Shown: positions 25,431 through 38,072 of the stretch, piece by piece
How the letters are laid out: each line of letters begins with the position of its first letter
Numbering within the stretch: position 1 is the stretch's first letter
DNA from: the human T2T-CHM13v2.0 reference genome, Homo sapiens
Reading direction: 5' to 3' (one strand)
DNA: 64,000 bases
Assembly: GCF_009914755.1 (NCBI RefSeq)
Contig: NC_060925.1
Made by a program: the position numbers and the translations under genes
The notes under the pieces: generated by a model
Database searches by the model: none
What the model was told of the DNA's origin: nothing
The model's input: only the letters and a program-made list of their open reading frames with translations

Positions 25431-25800
25431 AGATGGAAAGTATGGCAGAGTCCTCGCTGCTAAGTGGCTCGTAGTCTAGCAGGAAGTAAGCAATTGTGCC
25501 CAGAAGGCTAGGGTTTTCCGGGCTGGCTTCTCCAATCACTCCCCAAGCAACTCTGGAAAGGAAAACTTTTGTGAGGCTCCCTTTCCTCATTTGTAAAAGA
25601 AAAAAAAGAAAAATAATAATCTCATTTCGTCTATCCCACTAACCCTGCTCCCATCACTGTAGTGAGATAGCTTCAAAATGCTACTGTCATTTCTCTGCAG
25701 AACAACCACAAGGGTTTAATAGTTTCATTTCCATGTCACAGATAAGAAACTTAGATGCAGAGAGTTAAAGTTCTTACTCAAGAAAATACAGATAGAGAGA

Positions 25801-25954
25801 TGGGCATGGTCGCTTACTCCTGTAATCCCGGCTACTTGGGAGACTGAGGTGGGGAGTGTGTGAGCCTAGGAATTTGAGGCTGCGCTGAGTGATGATAGTG
25901 CCACTGTACTCTAGCCTAGGTGACAGAGCAAGAGCCCATCTCTAAAAAAAAAAA
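25801..25954 (+). mobile_element. Free Alu monomer (FRAM-like) within a MIR, followed by (GATA/GACA)n
   Basis: Right-arm-like monomer with poly-A; MIR sequence continues on both sides (about 25700-26050). Confidence 0.85.
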
Positions 25955-27119
25955 TAGATAGATGATAGACAGACAGATAGACAGCCAGATTGACAGACAA
26001 GCGGCAGAACTCAGATTTGAAAATGTCTTTGTGACCCCAAAGCCCACTGCTCCAATTTGTTCATTTGATGGCCCCAAGAAAACGACAGCTGTTAAGTGTC
26101 ACCCAGCGTGAGAAGGGCAACACGGCCTTATAATGGCTGTTGCTGTTCTAATGACATAGTGGGCTAGGCAGGATGATGGAACAAAGTACACTCTGTCATC
26201 ATGATTGCTAAGCAGTCCCACGTGGGGACAAAGCTCAATCTGAAGGTGGCAAGATTAAATTTGTCCTGTTTCTCTAGGTGTCTCCACAGACTTGATAAGT
26301 TTGGATTCCTGAAGCCTGAGCACACTGGGAAACTGAGGCAGCCATTTAAGTCATCAAATTCCCCAAGCTTAGAATGTGAAAATGAAAAGAAAAAAAAAAT
26401 CAGACATCAAACTCTGTGTAGCTGACTTAGAATGATAGGAGTTGTTCTTCCCCACCTCCTGCCAACCACCACACACACACACACACACCACTTCTTGGCT
26501 GGAACCTGTCTGAAGGGGAGGAAGGACATTCAGTTATGTTAGGGAGCATGTGTTTATGGCCCTGGACCTTGCTCCCAATAAATGAAGATTCGGTTTAACT
26601 CATCTGGAAAAGTTAACTTTTCTGGATGCTCTAACACTTGGAATGTCCCACACCCTTTATTTCCTACACAATCTATATCCAGGCAAAGGTCATCAGTGGA
26701 CACCTTAACTCAAACCAATATAACTTGATATTGACTGTGTTTGTGTTACCATCCATGTGAATGCATCTTTCTTGTGACCATAATACAATGGCAATAAACA
26801 TGATGATGGTGATGGTAAAAATAATGAAGACCACAAGGTGAAGTCAGTCTTCTACTTAATCCCTGGCGCTAAACGTTATGGTTTCTTAACCTCCCTGAAC
26901 CTAAATTTCTCATCTCTGAAATGTTACTAATATTTATCCTGCAACATTAGTACTGTGGCAAGGGAGGCGGAGGTATCTAAAGTCCTTGAGTCCACAGTTG
27001 TTCCTTCATAACTGACTGTTGTTACTCTCTGTCAAAAGAAAGGTGAATAAGATTTACACATTTTTATGCCATCCATAATCTCATGTGATCCCCACAACAT
27101 GACCCCAGCCCTTAACTTG

Positions 27120-27491
27120 GGGTCTCTCCCTTAGTAGTCACTCAAAAAATAAAATCCAGAACTAGATGAGAGTTTAGAAATAACCTAAGTCTTTCATTTT
27201 ACCACTGGGGAAAGTGAAGTCCAAAGAGGGGACACATAATTTTATCTAAGCAGATGTCGTCTACAATAATTTAGAAACCTCTTCCTAATGATAAACTCAG
27301 GCAAAGGGTCTCTCCCTTAGTAGTCACTCAAAAAATAAAATCCAGAACTAGACGAGAGTTTAGAAATAACCTAAGTCTTTCATTTTACCACTGGGGAAAG
27401 TGAAGTCCAAAGAGGGGACACATAATTTTATCTAAGCAGATGCCGTCTACAATAATTTAGAAATCTCTTCCTAATGATAAACTCAGGCAAA
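27120..27491. repeat. 186-bp tandem duplication (2 copies, 3 mismatches)
   Basis: Units 27120-27305 and 27306-27491; differences gatgag/gacgag, tgtcgt/tgccgt, aacctc/aatctc. Confidence 0.97.
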
Positions 27492-28245
27492 GGTAGTAAG
27501 TGTCACATCATAAGTGAAATGCCATAGGGAACATCACCAGGGCCCAGGCTAATGCATCCAGGATCTGATTTAGTTGTTGTGATACCCGGAATCATACAAA
27601 GGCTTTATTAAAACTCCATTTACTGGAGTAAAGTGTCTTGTGCCTTGAATGTAAAATGGCCCCTATTCACACTGACCTCTCGGTGTGCAGGGAAATGAGG
27701 GCCAAACTTCCCAAAGGTTCTCATTTGCAGCAGTGGCCGGTGAGCAGCAGTGGAGTGTGCAAACTCCAGCACTATTGCTTTCCACCTGTTTCTCCACTTG
27801 CTCATTATCTCAGAGTTCCAGGGGGACGGTTCCACACTTGGCCTAATGGAACAGAGAGGGACGCTTTTGCTGGACTGAACTGTCCACTTTAACAAGGTCA
27901 CGGCAGCGCTTGCTCTCATGAAGCCCTGGGTGGGCCTGAACACTTGCTCAGGAATCCTGGGATGAGGCTCTCGGAAAAGAAGGTTTTGTGCATTTCTGTC
28001 TGTCGTTATCCAGGAGCAGATGGGGTGCTAAAATTAAGGATGCAGTGCCCCAGTTTTTAGGCACTCACTGTTTCTGTGGAAATGATGCTGAGGCTGAAAG
28101 CTAGAGAGTGTGGGGTAAAGCCAATTGAGAATGAGGCCTCAAGGTATGGCAGGAAAATAGCACAGGTTTGAGTCTGTGTGGGTCCTGCTTTGCCCATCTC
28201 TCCTGCACGGCTTTGAATGAGCTGCAACTTCCCCGAGCCCTAGCC

Positions 28246-28497
28246 TGGTCCCCACAATATGACAGTCAGGGGACCTGAGCACTGCTTCTTTCATAGGCTC
28301 CTTTCTTTACAAAATGTGTTAAAAAAATTATATTCAATTACAGTGTTGGTATTATGACAAGCATAATCTTTGACCCTAAAAGTCCATTTCCTTCTTCTGA
28401 GTTTAAAAGAAGTGAAAATCTATTTGTGGGACCTCAAAAATACAGTAGGGGCCTGAGGCACTGTGCCTGCTATGAGGAAGGGGTAAGTTGGCCCCGG
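28246..28497 (-). mobile_element. ORSL-like hAT-Tip100 DNA transposon relic
   Basis: Ends in gggcctgaggcactgtgcctgctatgaggaaggggtaagttggccccg; internal ttcttctgagtttaaaagaag. Confidence 0.65.
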
Positions 28498-28676
28498 TCT
28501 GGCCATAGTTTCCATAATAAAAAAGTGGAATTGATGGCACCTGCCACTCAAGATGTTGTTAGGGTGAGTAGTTTAATACAAAGCTGACCTCCCACCACGC
28601 CTGTTCCAGCAGATGTTCAGTCAGTGGTTGTTAACATTATATTACGTTTATTATTCAGAAAATGTAATTTAGCCAT

Positions 28677-29025
28677 TTCCATAGACAATGTTTATGCCCC
28701 CTCTTCCTGCAAACACACAGAAATTCATACATTGAAACCTAATCCCTAGGATGATGGAATTTGGAGGTGCAGCCTTTGGAAGGTGATAGGATTCATGTTC
28801 TTACAGGAAAGACCTCAGAGAAGTCCCTCACCCCTTCCACCGTGTGAAGTTACAGTGAGAAGGTGCCATCTATGAACCAGGAAGTGGATTCTCACAGACA
28901 CTGAATCTGCTGGAGCCTTGATCTTGGACCTTCCAGCCTCCAGGACTGTAAGAAGTAAATTTCTGTTATTTACAAACCACCCATTCTATGGCATTCTGTT
29001 ATAGCAGTCCAAAATGACCAAGACA
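28677..29025 (+). mobile_element. MLT1A0-type MaLR solo LTR
   Basis: TSD gccat at 28672-28676 and 29026-29030; ccatctatgaaccaggaagtgg, ccttgatcttggaccttccagcctccag. Confidence 0.9.
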
Positions 29026-29582
29026 GCCATTCTTCAAAGAAAACAGGATTCTGCATCTTTTGGCAGGAGAGACATGAGTTTGTTCCCTACGCAATTTACT
29101 CACTCAGCTCCTCAAAATATCCCAATAGCTATGAGAACATGGTTGTTCTCAATAGATACACATACTTAATACTGACAACAGACTTAAAAGGAAACATTTT
29201 CCCACCAAGGGGAAACTTTGTCAAAATTGTCCTTGTTATTAATTTTTGAAAAACATCAAAATATCAGAGCACTTAGAAAAATCAATGTCCCAGGCTCTGT
29301 CAGCTGAAGCTGGAGCTGTGGCCAGAGTTTTGGGAAGAGCACCTGACTTGGAGTCTCACATGTGATTTGCTGACCTGGTTCAACTTTCATCAGAGGATTG
29401 GCAGGTCCTTCACACTCCAAGCCCTAGTTCTCTTTTCTGCAGTATTGAATGCCAATCCCTGCTTACATTAGGGATGTTGTGAGGCTCAGAGGATCTAATG
29501 AATGTTCACTAAGCAATTTACCCAGGTTTCCCACAGAACGCTCTATCTCGTAAGGATGCTCTTTAAAAATAAGCAAGGGATA

Positions 29583-29710
29583 AGCTAGGCCTGGTGGGGC
29601 ACACCTGTGGTCCCAACTACTTGGGAAGTTGAGGCAGAAGGATCGCTTGAGCTCAGGAGTCCCAGGCCAGCCTGGGCAACATATCAAGACATTGTCTCAG
29701 AAAAAAAAAA
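29583..29710 (+). mobile_element. FLAM Alu monomer
   Basis: Left-arm-like monomer ending in poly-A then (CA)n. Confidence 0.85.
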
Positions 29711-30019
29711 CACAAAACACACACACACACACAAAGAAAGGGATGAACAGATGGAAAAAAAGGACAGATGAACAGGTACACAGACGGGAAGAAGGGAAGG
29801 AGGCAAGGAAGAAAAGAGAGGATGGATCCATGGTTAAATAGTTCTCAAAACAATAATATAATAGTCCCTGATCCATTGAGATATCATAATAAATATTAAC
29901 AACTTTGAAAAGCCCTTTGTCAAGGGCACTTACTTTAAATAAGACCAGAAATTCTATAATTTGTTTAACCAAATTTTCTCCTGGCATAACTATAGATACC
30001 CTATCTGATCTGAGAAATG

Positions 30020-30400
30020 CCCACCACCCCACTTCTTCTGTCCTTTCTGCTTCAGGGTCTTTGCAGTTGTGTTTCCTCTCTTGGCTCCTTCTTGTCTTAT
30101 AGGTTTCCACTCAAATGTCACCTATTTAAAGTGGTTTTCTGAGGCCACCCAAACTAAAATTGCCTCCTTGTGTCCTCATACCAGTTACTGTATCATTTCA
30201 AACTATTTATTATATATTACTTATTCCATGTAAATTCTATTAATAATGTGTTTGCTCATTGTCTATCTTAACCTCTTGAGAGCACCAGTTTACCTGAGTT
30301 CTTTGTCACTATAGCCACTGCAATGAATATAGCATCCTCAAAGGGCACACCTCAAAAAATATTTGCTGGATGAACAGATGGGTGGATAGTTAGGTGGGTA
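30020..30400 (+). mobile_element. L2 3' fragment
   Basis: cagggtctttgcagttg...ctcaaatgtcacct...ctcaaaaaatatttgctggatgaa. Confidence 0.7.
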
Positions 30401-30413
30401 CGTGGGTGGGTAA

Positions 30414-30748
<335 letters not shown>

Positions 30749-31787
30749 ACCTATTATATGATCTTTAAGAAACACCTTAAACCTTCTGGGCCTTGGTTTT
30801 CCTATGTTGGAAGACTATAAACTCCTCCCACCACTGTTATTGTAAGTACAGGTATAGCAGCTATAGAGACCCTATTTATTAAGTGTCTACAATATGGCAA
30901 GGAACTTTTTCTGGGGTAACTTTATTCACTTTTAAAACGAGTTTAGGATAGGTGTATTACCACCCCAATTTAAAGATCGGAAAACTGTAGACAAAAGCTT
31001 AAATTCCCTCTTAGTAAGTGACGAAGCCTATTGTCCAGTCCTAAACCAGTGCTGTGTCTACATTATGAATCTATAAGGCAGAGGAAATAGTGGCTCTGAC
31101 TATCGCAAAAGAAATATGACTTCAAACAGAACAGGAGAGAGAAAACAGGTGAGGCATTTTGTACATAATCCAATTTACTGTGTATTATTCTATGCCTAGA
31201 AAACAAGAAGCACTTCCTAAGTCAGTGGATTTTTAAAGAGTCAAATCTTAGATCTATACAAATGTATTTTATTTTGTAATAAAATCTTGTGCATTTTATT
31301 TGCAGCACTTGTTCTAAATCATCTCTACACTTGACAGTCAGGAGCCATCCACCTTCCCCCTCAAATGAAGATTTTATTTTCTCTTGGACAGCAATTACCG
31401 GACAAATGCCAGGCTACAGAAGGTGTTTCTCCAGCAGCAGCATCTGTCTCCTTGGCAGGTTCCTCAGGCAATTTTATTGGCAGCGCTAAAATGGCCAGGG
31501 GGTCAGTCAGAGCTCAGCTGCCCACAAGCTCTCAGGTGGCCTACCAGCCTCTGCTCGGATGTCTCAAAAAGAAAAAAAAGAAAAAAATAAAAAGCAGCTT
31601 GGATCTACCTCAAAAGTTGAAGATTGGCCAAAGTAAAGTTGTTCAGTGAGAACCATTTAGGCCAATCCTAGTTTCTGCTGGGAGCCAAAAAATTCCCATG
31701 ATCCTCCTTCCTAATCAAACCAACAGTGACGGCAACCTACATAAGGGCATAGACATTCAGATTCTGAGGTAACAGGCAAATATGTGC

Positions 31788-32379
31788 TGTGGCAGCCATC
31801 TTAAAATGGCCCCAAGTGATCCCTGTCTAATAATATTCATGCCTTTGGTAGTCTCCTCACTGAGTGTGGGCTGGACTTAGTGACTTACTTGTAAGCAAGT
31901 ATGCTTATTTGTAATAAATGGAATATGGCAAAAAGTAATGGGATGTCACTTGATAAATTAGGTTATAGAAAGACCCCGACTTTCATCTTGCTCTCCATCT
32001 CTTGCCCTCTCATTAGCTTGCTCTGATGGAAGCCAGCTGCCATATTTGTGAGCCACCCTATCAGGAGGCCACATGACAGGGAACCAAGGGAAGCCTCCGG
32101 CAAACAGCCTAAGAAGAACTGAGACCCCCAGTCCAACAGCATGTGAGGAACTGAGGTCCACCAACGGCCCCTTGAGTGAGCCTGGAAACAGATCCATCCC
32201 GGGTGAGCCTCGCAATGACGGGAGCAGCTCTGGCCAATACCTTGATTGCAGTCTTGTGAGAGGTTCTGAGCAAGGGGACCCAACTCAACTGACCCATCAA
32301 AGCTGTGGGATTATAAATGTTTGCTTTTTTAAACTGCTACATGTTAGAGTAATTTGTTATGCAGCAGTAAACTAATACG
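31788..32379 (+). mobile_element. MLT1F-type MaLR LTR
   Basis: aaaatggccccaagtgatccc, tgagtgtgggctggacttagtgact, gaggaactgagg, taatttgttatgcagcagtaaactaatac. Confidence 0.85.
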
Positions 32380-32570
32380 TGTTCTTAAAACACAATTTTT
32401 TTTAGTCACGTAAATAGAATGACCACTTTCAAGTATGCTCAAAGATTACCTCTATGGGCCTGTCCTAATTATCCTATTGAAAATCACAGCTCACTTCTAC
32501 CCCACTCCTATACCACCTTATGCTGTACCATCTTTTCATATTTGCTGAATCCTCAAGCATTATCTTTGAA

Positions 32571-32738
32571 CACTACGTTACTCAAAGAGTAGCCTTTGAA
32601 ACAGCAGCATCCACCTCACATGGGAGCTTATTAGAAATGAAGTCTCCGGTACCATTCCAGATCTATTGAGTCAAAATCTGCATGTTAGGAAGATCTCCAG
32701 GTGATTTACAGGTACATCAACACTTGAGAAACACTAGT
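32571..32738 (+). mobile_element. MER5A-type MITE
   Basis: cagcagcatccacctcacatgggagcttattagaaatg...aagatctccaggtgattt...ttgagaaacact. Confidence 0.8.
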
Positions 32739-33480
32739 CTAATATGAAGTTTTCTTATTTATTTATTTTTTGCCTGCCTCCCACCCTCCCTCAACCTCAA
32801 TGAGATTTTATTTTCTCATCAGAATGACAATGGAAGTCATTGTTGATACTGAGTGCCACCATTTGAAAGTGCCTAGTCTGCTTTTGTGAAGATCAACTAG
32901 CAAGGAGAGACAGACATGGACTATGCGTTTGTAAATTTTACAGTCAATGCCATTTGTATCTAAGTTCATTTGAATAGGGTTTCTGTCTCCTGTAGTCCGG
33001 AGTATTTCCAAATGGCAAGGTCAGAGCCATCTACAAATCGCACACAGCATCTCTCACTTTGTCTCCAGCAAGATGCTGACTGAAATTTCCCAGCTGCAAC
33101 TCAAAAAAAAAAAAAAAAAAAAATCCCAGGGAAGACTTTGATTGGTCCAGAGAGAGTGATTTGCATACTCCCAGATCAGTTGATTGTGGAACTGAATGGT
33201 AGCTCCAAACCAACCACACAATTCAGGTTTGGTAAAGAAAATCCTCCAGAAAAAGAAAATTGGTTGTTTCTTTCTAAAGAAAAGGAGAAAAGTACTAAGT
33301 AAACAAAATGTCACATATTCATTGAATTTTACAACTTTATGCCCTTTAGATGCTGTCCCACAGCTTAAAATACTCTGGTAGATAGAATACCTAACACCTC
33401 CACAATCTTGATATACCTCCATAAGCCAGGCAAGTTCCTACTCAGCCTTCGAGAATCAGATCAAAAGCTACCTCCTCTGT

Positions 33481-33537
33481 GTGCACTCGCTAGTTCCCTG
33501 CTGCCTTGTAAAGAAGGTGCCTGCTTCCCCTTTGCCT
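33481..33537 (+). mobile_element. Isolated ~57-bp THE1D LTR fragment
   Basis: gtgcactcgctagttccctgctgccttgtaaagaaggtgcctgcttcccctttgcct; the last 26 bp are identical to 35144-35169. Confidence 0.7.
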
Positions 33538-34599
33538 CCCAAGGGAGATAAAAAATATCTTCACTGATCTCATTGGATTCTTCCACCCTCTATTAGAGAA
33601 AATATGCATAGGGCACGTTGACTCAATATAATAAATGCAGTATTAAACTTTCAACTTTTTGTTTACCCGGTAATTTGCAAAAAAAAAAAAAAAAAAAAAA
33701 ATTTCATCGGATTCCTCAGCCTCTGGATTGAGGATAAAAGAGATGGGTAAAGACATGGGCTTGTTACGTTGTGGTTTCACATTTTGCATGTTTGTTTTGA
33801 AAGGACTGCACCATCACAGTTCTATGCCTGCTCTTTACAGTAGCACACTTTGCCAAGATCATGTATAAAAATATGGTCTTCCATCAACAACAGAAACACA
33901 GCCTCCATGTCCACCTGTTTTGCTTTTGTTCCCCATTTCCTAACCTGTGCCCTCTAACCACTGAGGGTGAAAGGCCTCCATGTCATCAGCATTGGAGATC
34001 CCCACCTGTCTTTCCATCTAGAACATTCTCAGGGGTCGTGGCAGATCTTATTGAACCACCTTGTCTTTTTAGAAGTGTTGCATGGCCCCAGGGCTGCTGC
34101 TAATTACTAAACCGGTTACTATTGTGTGTGCTACTCCCCTTCTCTGGAAACAGCTTGCTTGGGGATTGAAGCGGGGAACCATTGAGATGGGCACCTTCTT
34201 CCTGGCAGAGCTCATGGTCCAGCTCCCAAAAGGATGCATTGGTACCAGCAGCTGAGGATTGGGGGAGGGCAGATTTGGGTCAGAGTCAGCAGCTGCAAAC
34301 ATGAACAAATCGCTGCCTCTTCTGTGGCAGTTTTTCTATACACATATTTGGAATCCAGCCACTTCCTCTGCATGAGTCACCAAGGAAAGACGCCTGTTTA
34401 GGGTAAGGCATCTTGAAGGTCCTTGAAGCCCTCCCTAATTCCCTTGGTCCTTCTCTGGATGTCTGTTTCTTAACACAAAACACCCCCTCCCCCAATTCAG
34501 GTATTTTGTGTGACCTCTCTTAAGGCAATGAGCTCTCACATTTTCATTAGTGCATTGACATATAGGAAGCTTTTTCCCTTACACTGCCTTTTCTTGCCC

Positions 34600-35340
34600 A
34601 CTTTCCTCAGAGATTTTGAAAAAGCCAGATACTTGCTTTCTTGGACTCCCTTCTGGCTAGAAGTGGCACTATGATACAGTTCTGGCAAAATACGAATAAA
34701 CAGAGGGTAGGTGGGTTGTCTTGCTTTGTGGGAGTTCCTTCTGGGAAAAAAAAAAATAACCTCGATCAAAGAAAGGAGATAAGTAAGGAAACCTCTTCTT
34801 ATCATCCTGGCTGCCCTGGCTTCTTTCTGTTTTCCATGAAGTTCTATGAAGGTGTGATACTTGGATCTATAGCAGCTATCCTGGGACCAGGAAGCAATTA
34901 ATCTAAGGATGGCACAGGGCTGAAAGAAAGAACTTGAGCCCCTGATAACAACTTTGAACTATTGCACTGATCTTGGGACCACTCCCTCTGGGTTTCTGTT
35001 ATATCCGATAACAAATGGCTTTATTCCTTAAGTACTGTGATAGGGTTTGGCTCTGTATTCCCACCCAAATCTCATCTCGAATTGTGTCAAGGGAAGGACC
35101 TAGTGGGAGAGGACTGTATTATGGGGGGTGCCAGCAAGGTCCCAGAAGGTGCCTGCTTCCCCTTTGCCTTATGCCATGATTCTAAGAAGTTTCCTGAGAC
35201 CTCCCCAGCCATGCAGAACTGTGAGTCAATTAACTTCTTTCCTTCATAAATTACCCAGTTGCAGGTATTCTTTACAGCAGTGTGAAAACTGACTAACAGA
35301 CACTGGCAACCAGATTTTTTGTTTATGTTCACTAATAGCC
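34600..35340 (+). mobile_element. Old MLT1 (J/K/L-like) LTR hosting the THE1D
   Basis: tatgatacagttctggc, ggatctatagcagctatcctgggacc, aaagaacttgagcccctgataac. Confidence 0.6.
35038..35300 (+). mobile_element. THE1D-type MaLR solo LTR with internal deletion
   Basis: tgatagggtttggctctgtattcccacccaaatctcatctcgaattgt...ccccagccatgcagaactgtgagtcaattaac; TSD tactg/cactg; only about 263 bp. Confidence 0.88.
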
Positions 35341-35369
35341 TCATGTACATCTACAAGATTATTATGCAC

Positions 35370-35525
35370 ACTAACTTCTTGAATTTTGTAAGGTCATAGA
35401 GCATTAATGAAAAAATAGATCTTCTCCATATAGACATGCATTCCCCCAAGTCTTGCCTACTATTTCAGGAGAATCAAAGATTCTATATAAACCTATCCAT
35501 GCACATACTACAATGCATGGATCTC
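35370..35525 (+). mobile_element. MER103C-like hAT relic
   Basis: gtcttgcctactatttcaggagaatcaaagattc...cctatccatg. Confidence 0.5.
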
Positions 35526-35654
35526 TTGCTCAGAGAGAAACATGTCTATAGATCATGTTCACACATTATGGGATTATAAAATCAACACCAATTCCTACAA
35601 TAAGGACCCCAAGGCACAAGTTTCTTTGTTATAAAATATTATATATATCACCAT

Positions 35655-35912
35655 TATCATTTGTTGAATGCTTCCTATGTTGAAGATCTCTAAGGATTAT
35701 TCTAAGTACCCTATACATATAATCTCATTTAATCACAAAACCCTATGTGGTAGTTATTACTACTATCTCCACTTTACACCAAAGAAACCAAGGCTTACTG
35801 AGACTAAATAAATTGCCCCAGGTTACAGGGCTAGTAAATGATGAAGCCGAAATTTAAATCCAAGCAGTCTGACTACACAGTCCTTCTTTTAACTTCTACT
35901 TTTTGCTGCCTC
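35655..35912 (-). mobile_element. Near full-length MIR
   Basis: catttgttgaatgcttcctatg...atctcatttaatcac...ttgccccaggttacagggctagtaaatg...ccaagcagtctgact. Confidence 0.85.
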
Positions 35913-36519
35913 AATTATGTAAAGTAAACTATGTATTACAGTCAGAAAGGAGATTAATACAGCTTAAAAAGTGCAACCAAATGCATTAATTTTACAGATG
36001 ATGAAACGAAGGTATACAAAGGTAATGTGTTAAAGGGCACACAGCTAAGGAGTAGCAATGTCCAGGTATCAACTCAGGCAGAGGCTCTCCCTTTGGCCAC
36101 CGTATTATACTGACTCCAATTTCAGCACTTGACTTTGCAAAGTCTCAATCTATTAAATAGAATCCAAAAAATGTATAGAAGTATTCACATGTTACTGAGG
36201 TTAGAAACCCATCTTCCAATATGCACTAAGATCACTCCTTCCTTCTCAGAAAGCAGGACTCACATCTATTCCCATGGCTTTTTCCAGCACCACACGGGAA
36301 GGAGTCAGCCCACCATGGCCCCTTCTCTCTGCAGTCACTACCTTGAGAATCTTACCAACCCAGTGGCATCAACTCTCACCTCTTGGCAGAGGATGTTCAA
36401 GTCTACATCTGCCACCCTGACTACTCTTTCGACTCCCAAGCCTTCGCATCCAGCTCTCTATCAGACTTTTTATACATGGGCGTGTAAAGGTCACTTCAAA
36501 TCCAGTATCTGAATACACT

Positions 36520-37290
36520 TGAAATCACAGAATCTTAGAGATGGAAGGAATCATAAAAAGCAGGTGATACAGTTAAAAGATTATGGGTTTTGAGTCATAA
36601 AACCCAGGGTTCAAATCCTAGCCCTGAATCCATTTCTTCTATAAAATGGGAGTAATAGCTCTCACTTCCATTATGGCTGTAAAAGGATGAAAGATGATAA
36701 TGAATATTGACATGCCTAGCAGCATACCTGGCACTTCAAAGGCACTCAGTATATGGTAGTCACATTTACTACTGTCATCATCACCAACAAAATTTTGCTC
36801 ATCCACCAAATGCATGACTCTTTCCACAATACCTACGACAGATGGCTATCCAGTCTCTGCTAGAACATTTCCAAAGATAGAGAGCTCGCTCGCTCTCACC
36901 ATCTCCCCAGGCAGCCAGTTCTATTATTGGATGGCTCTCACTGGCACAAAGTCTTTCCGATGTTGAGCCAAAATCTGCCTCCATGAATCCCACTGGCCCT
37001 AGCTATGTCCTGTGGAGCAGCACAGCACAATTCTGCTCTCTTTTCACAAAACAGTCAGCCCTTATGAAAAAAAGCAGTCATGTACTTGCCACATCCTCTT
37101 TTCTCCAGGCATTCATTTGAATATACCTCCCTCCCATGACGTGATATCTACATTATCCACAATGCTCACTAAATCCTCAAGTGTGGTACCCAGAGGAGAT
37201 GCAGATTCCAGTGCCCAGTACAAATAAACTTTGCACTTCCATTAACGCATTACAAAGTCATATTGTGATTTTCTTAGCTGCCCAATAAGT
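36520..37290 (-). mobile_element. L3/CR1 LINE 3' relic with nested MIR (+, about 36570-36770)
   Basis: aatcacagaatcttagagatggaagg terminus; gacagatggctatccagtctctgct, ggcagccagttc, ttgagccaaaatctgcctcc. Confidence 0.75.
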
Positions 37291-37759
37291 ATCACTAGTG
37301 CATTATCTAGGGCTCAAAGTGAATCAACCCTGTAAGCCTCTCTCTTCCTATTAAAAGAGATCAAGCTGAGTCTTCCCCATGCCAACACACTCCATTCCCA
37401 TGCAATCTGGGCACCAAGCACCTGACTTACCCCGTAGACTTTGACTTTGGCCAACCAAAAACCTTCTGAACCACTTTTTCTGCCATTTATATGGCTCAAT
37501 TCTTCACACAAGCTGTTGATGGCATTTTTCAATAAGTTTTCTCCAATGTCATTGCCAAAATCATCATTAGAGGCCTCCACCCAGGTTAATTTTCCATTCA
37601 CTTTTATGAAACAATTATGCAGTAGGAGATACTCTATTAAATCTCAGCATACACAAATATAGAAATGTTTAAGAAAGTACCTATATGAAGATGACAGTAC
37701 CACACAATAAGCGTGATGACAGGGGACAGCACTTAGAAAATGCTAACCTGGAGGGGGCT

Positions 37760-38072
37760 CACCACTGTGAATGCACTGTTGCACCACCTGGAAAGCTTTT
37801 AATTGGCTACATCCCAACCAAGTAAATCAGAACCTCTGTGGGTGGGGCCCAAGCAGCAGTCCTTTCTAAAGACCCTCAGGTTTCTTTAATGCTAGATCAG
37901 CTCAAGGGTTCTGGAATGTTAATACGTTTATGAATGACTAGTGATCTGCTAAAGTTTAGCTTCTGATTCTGTAGGTCTCAGGAGAGTTCTGAGATTTTTT
38001 TTTGCATTTCTAACTCCTTGCCAGGTGATGCTAAGCCTGCTGGTCCATGGACCACAGGTTGAGTAGAAAGGG
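37760..38072. mobile_element. Adjacent MER5B/MER5A-type MITE fragments
   Basis: aaatcagaacctctgtgggtggggccc; ctgattctgtaggtct...ccaggtgatgctaagcctgctggtccatggaccacaggttgagtag. Confidence 0.75.
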
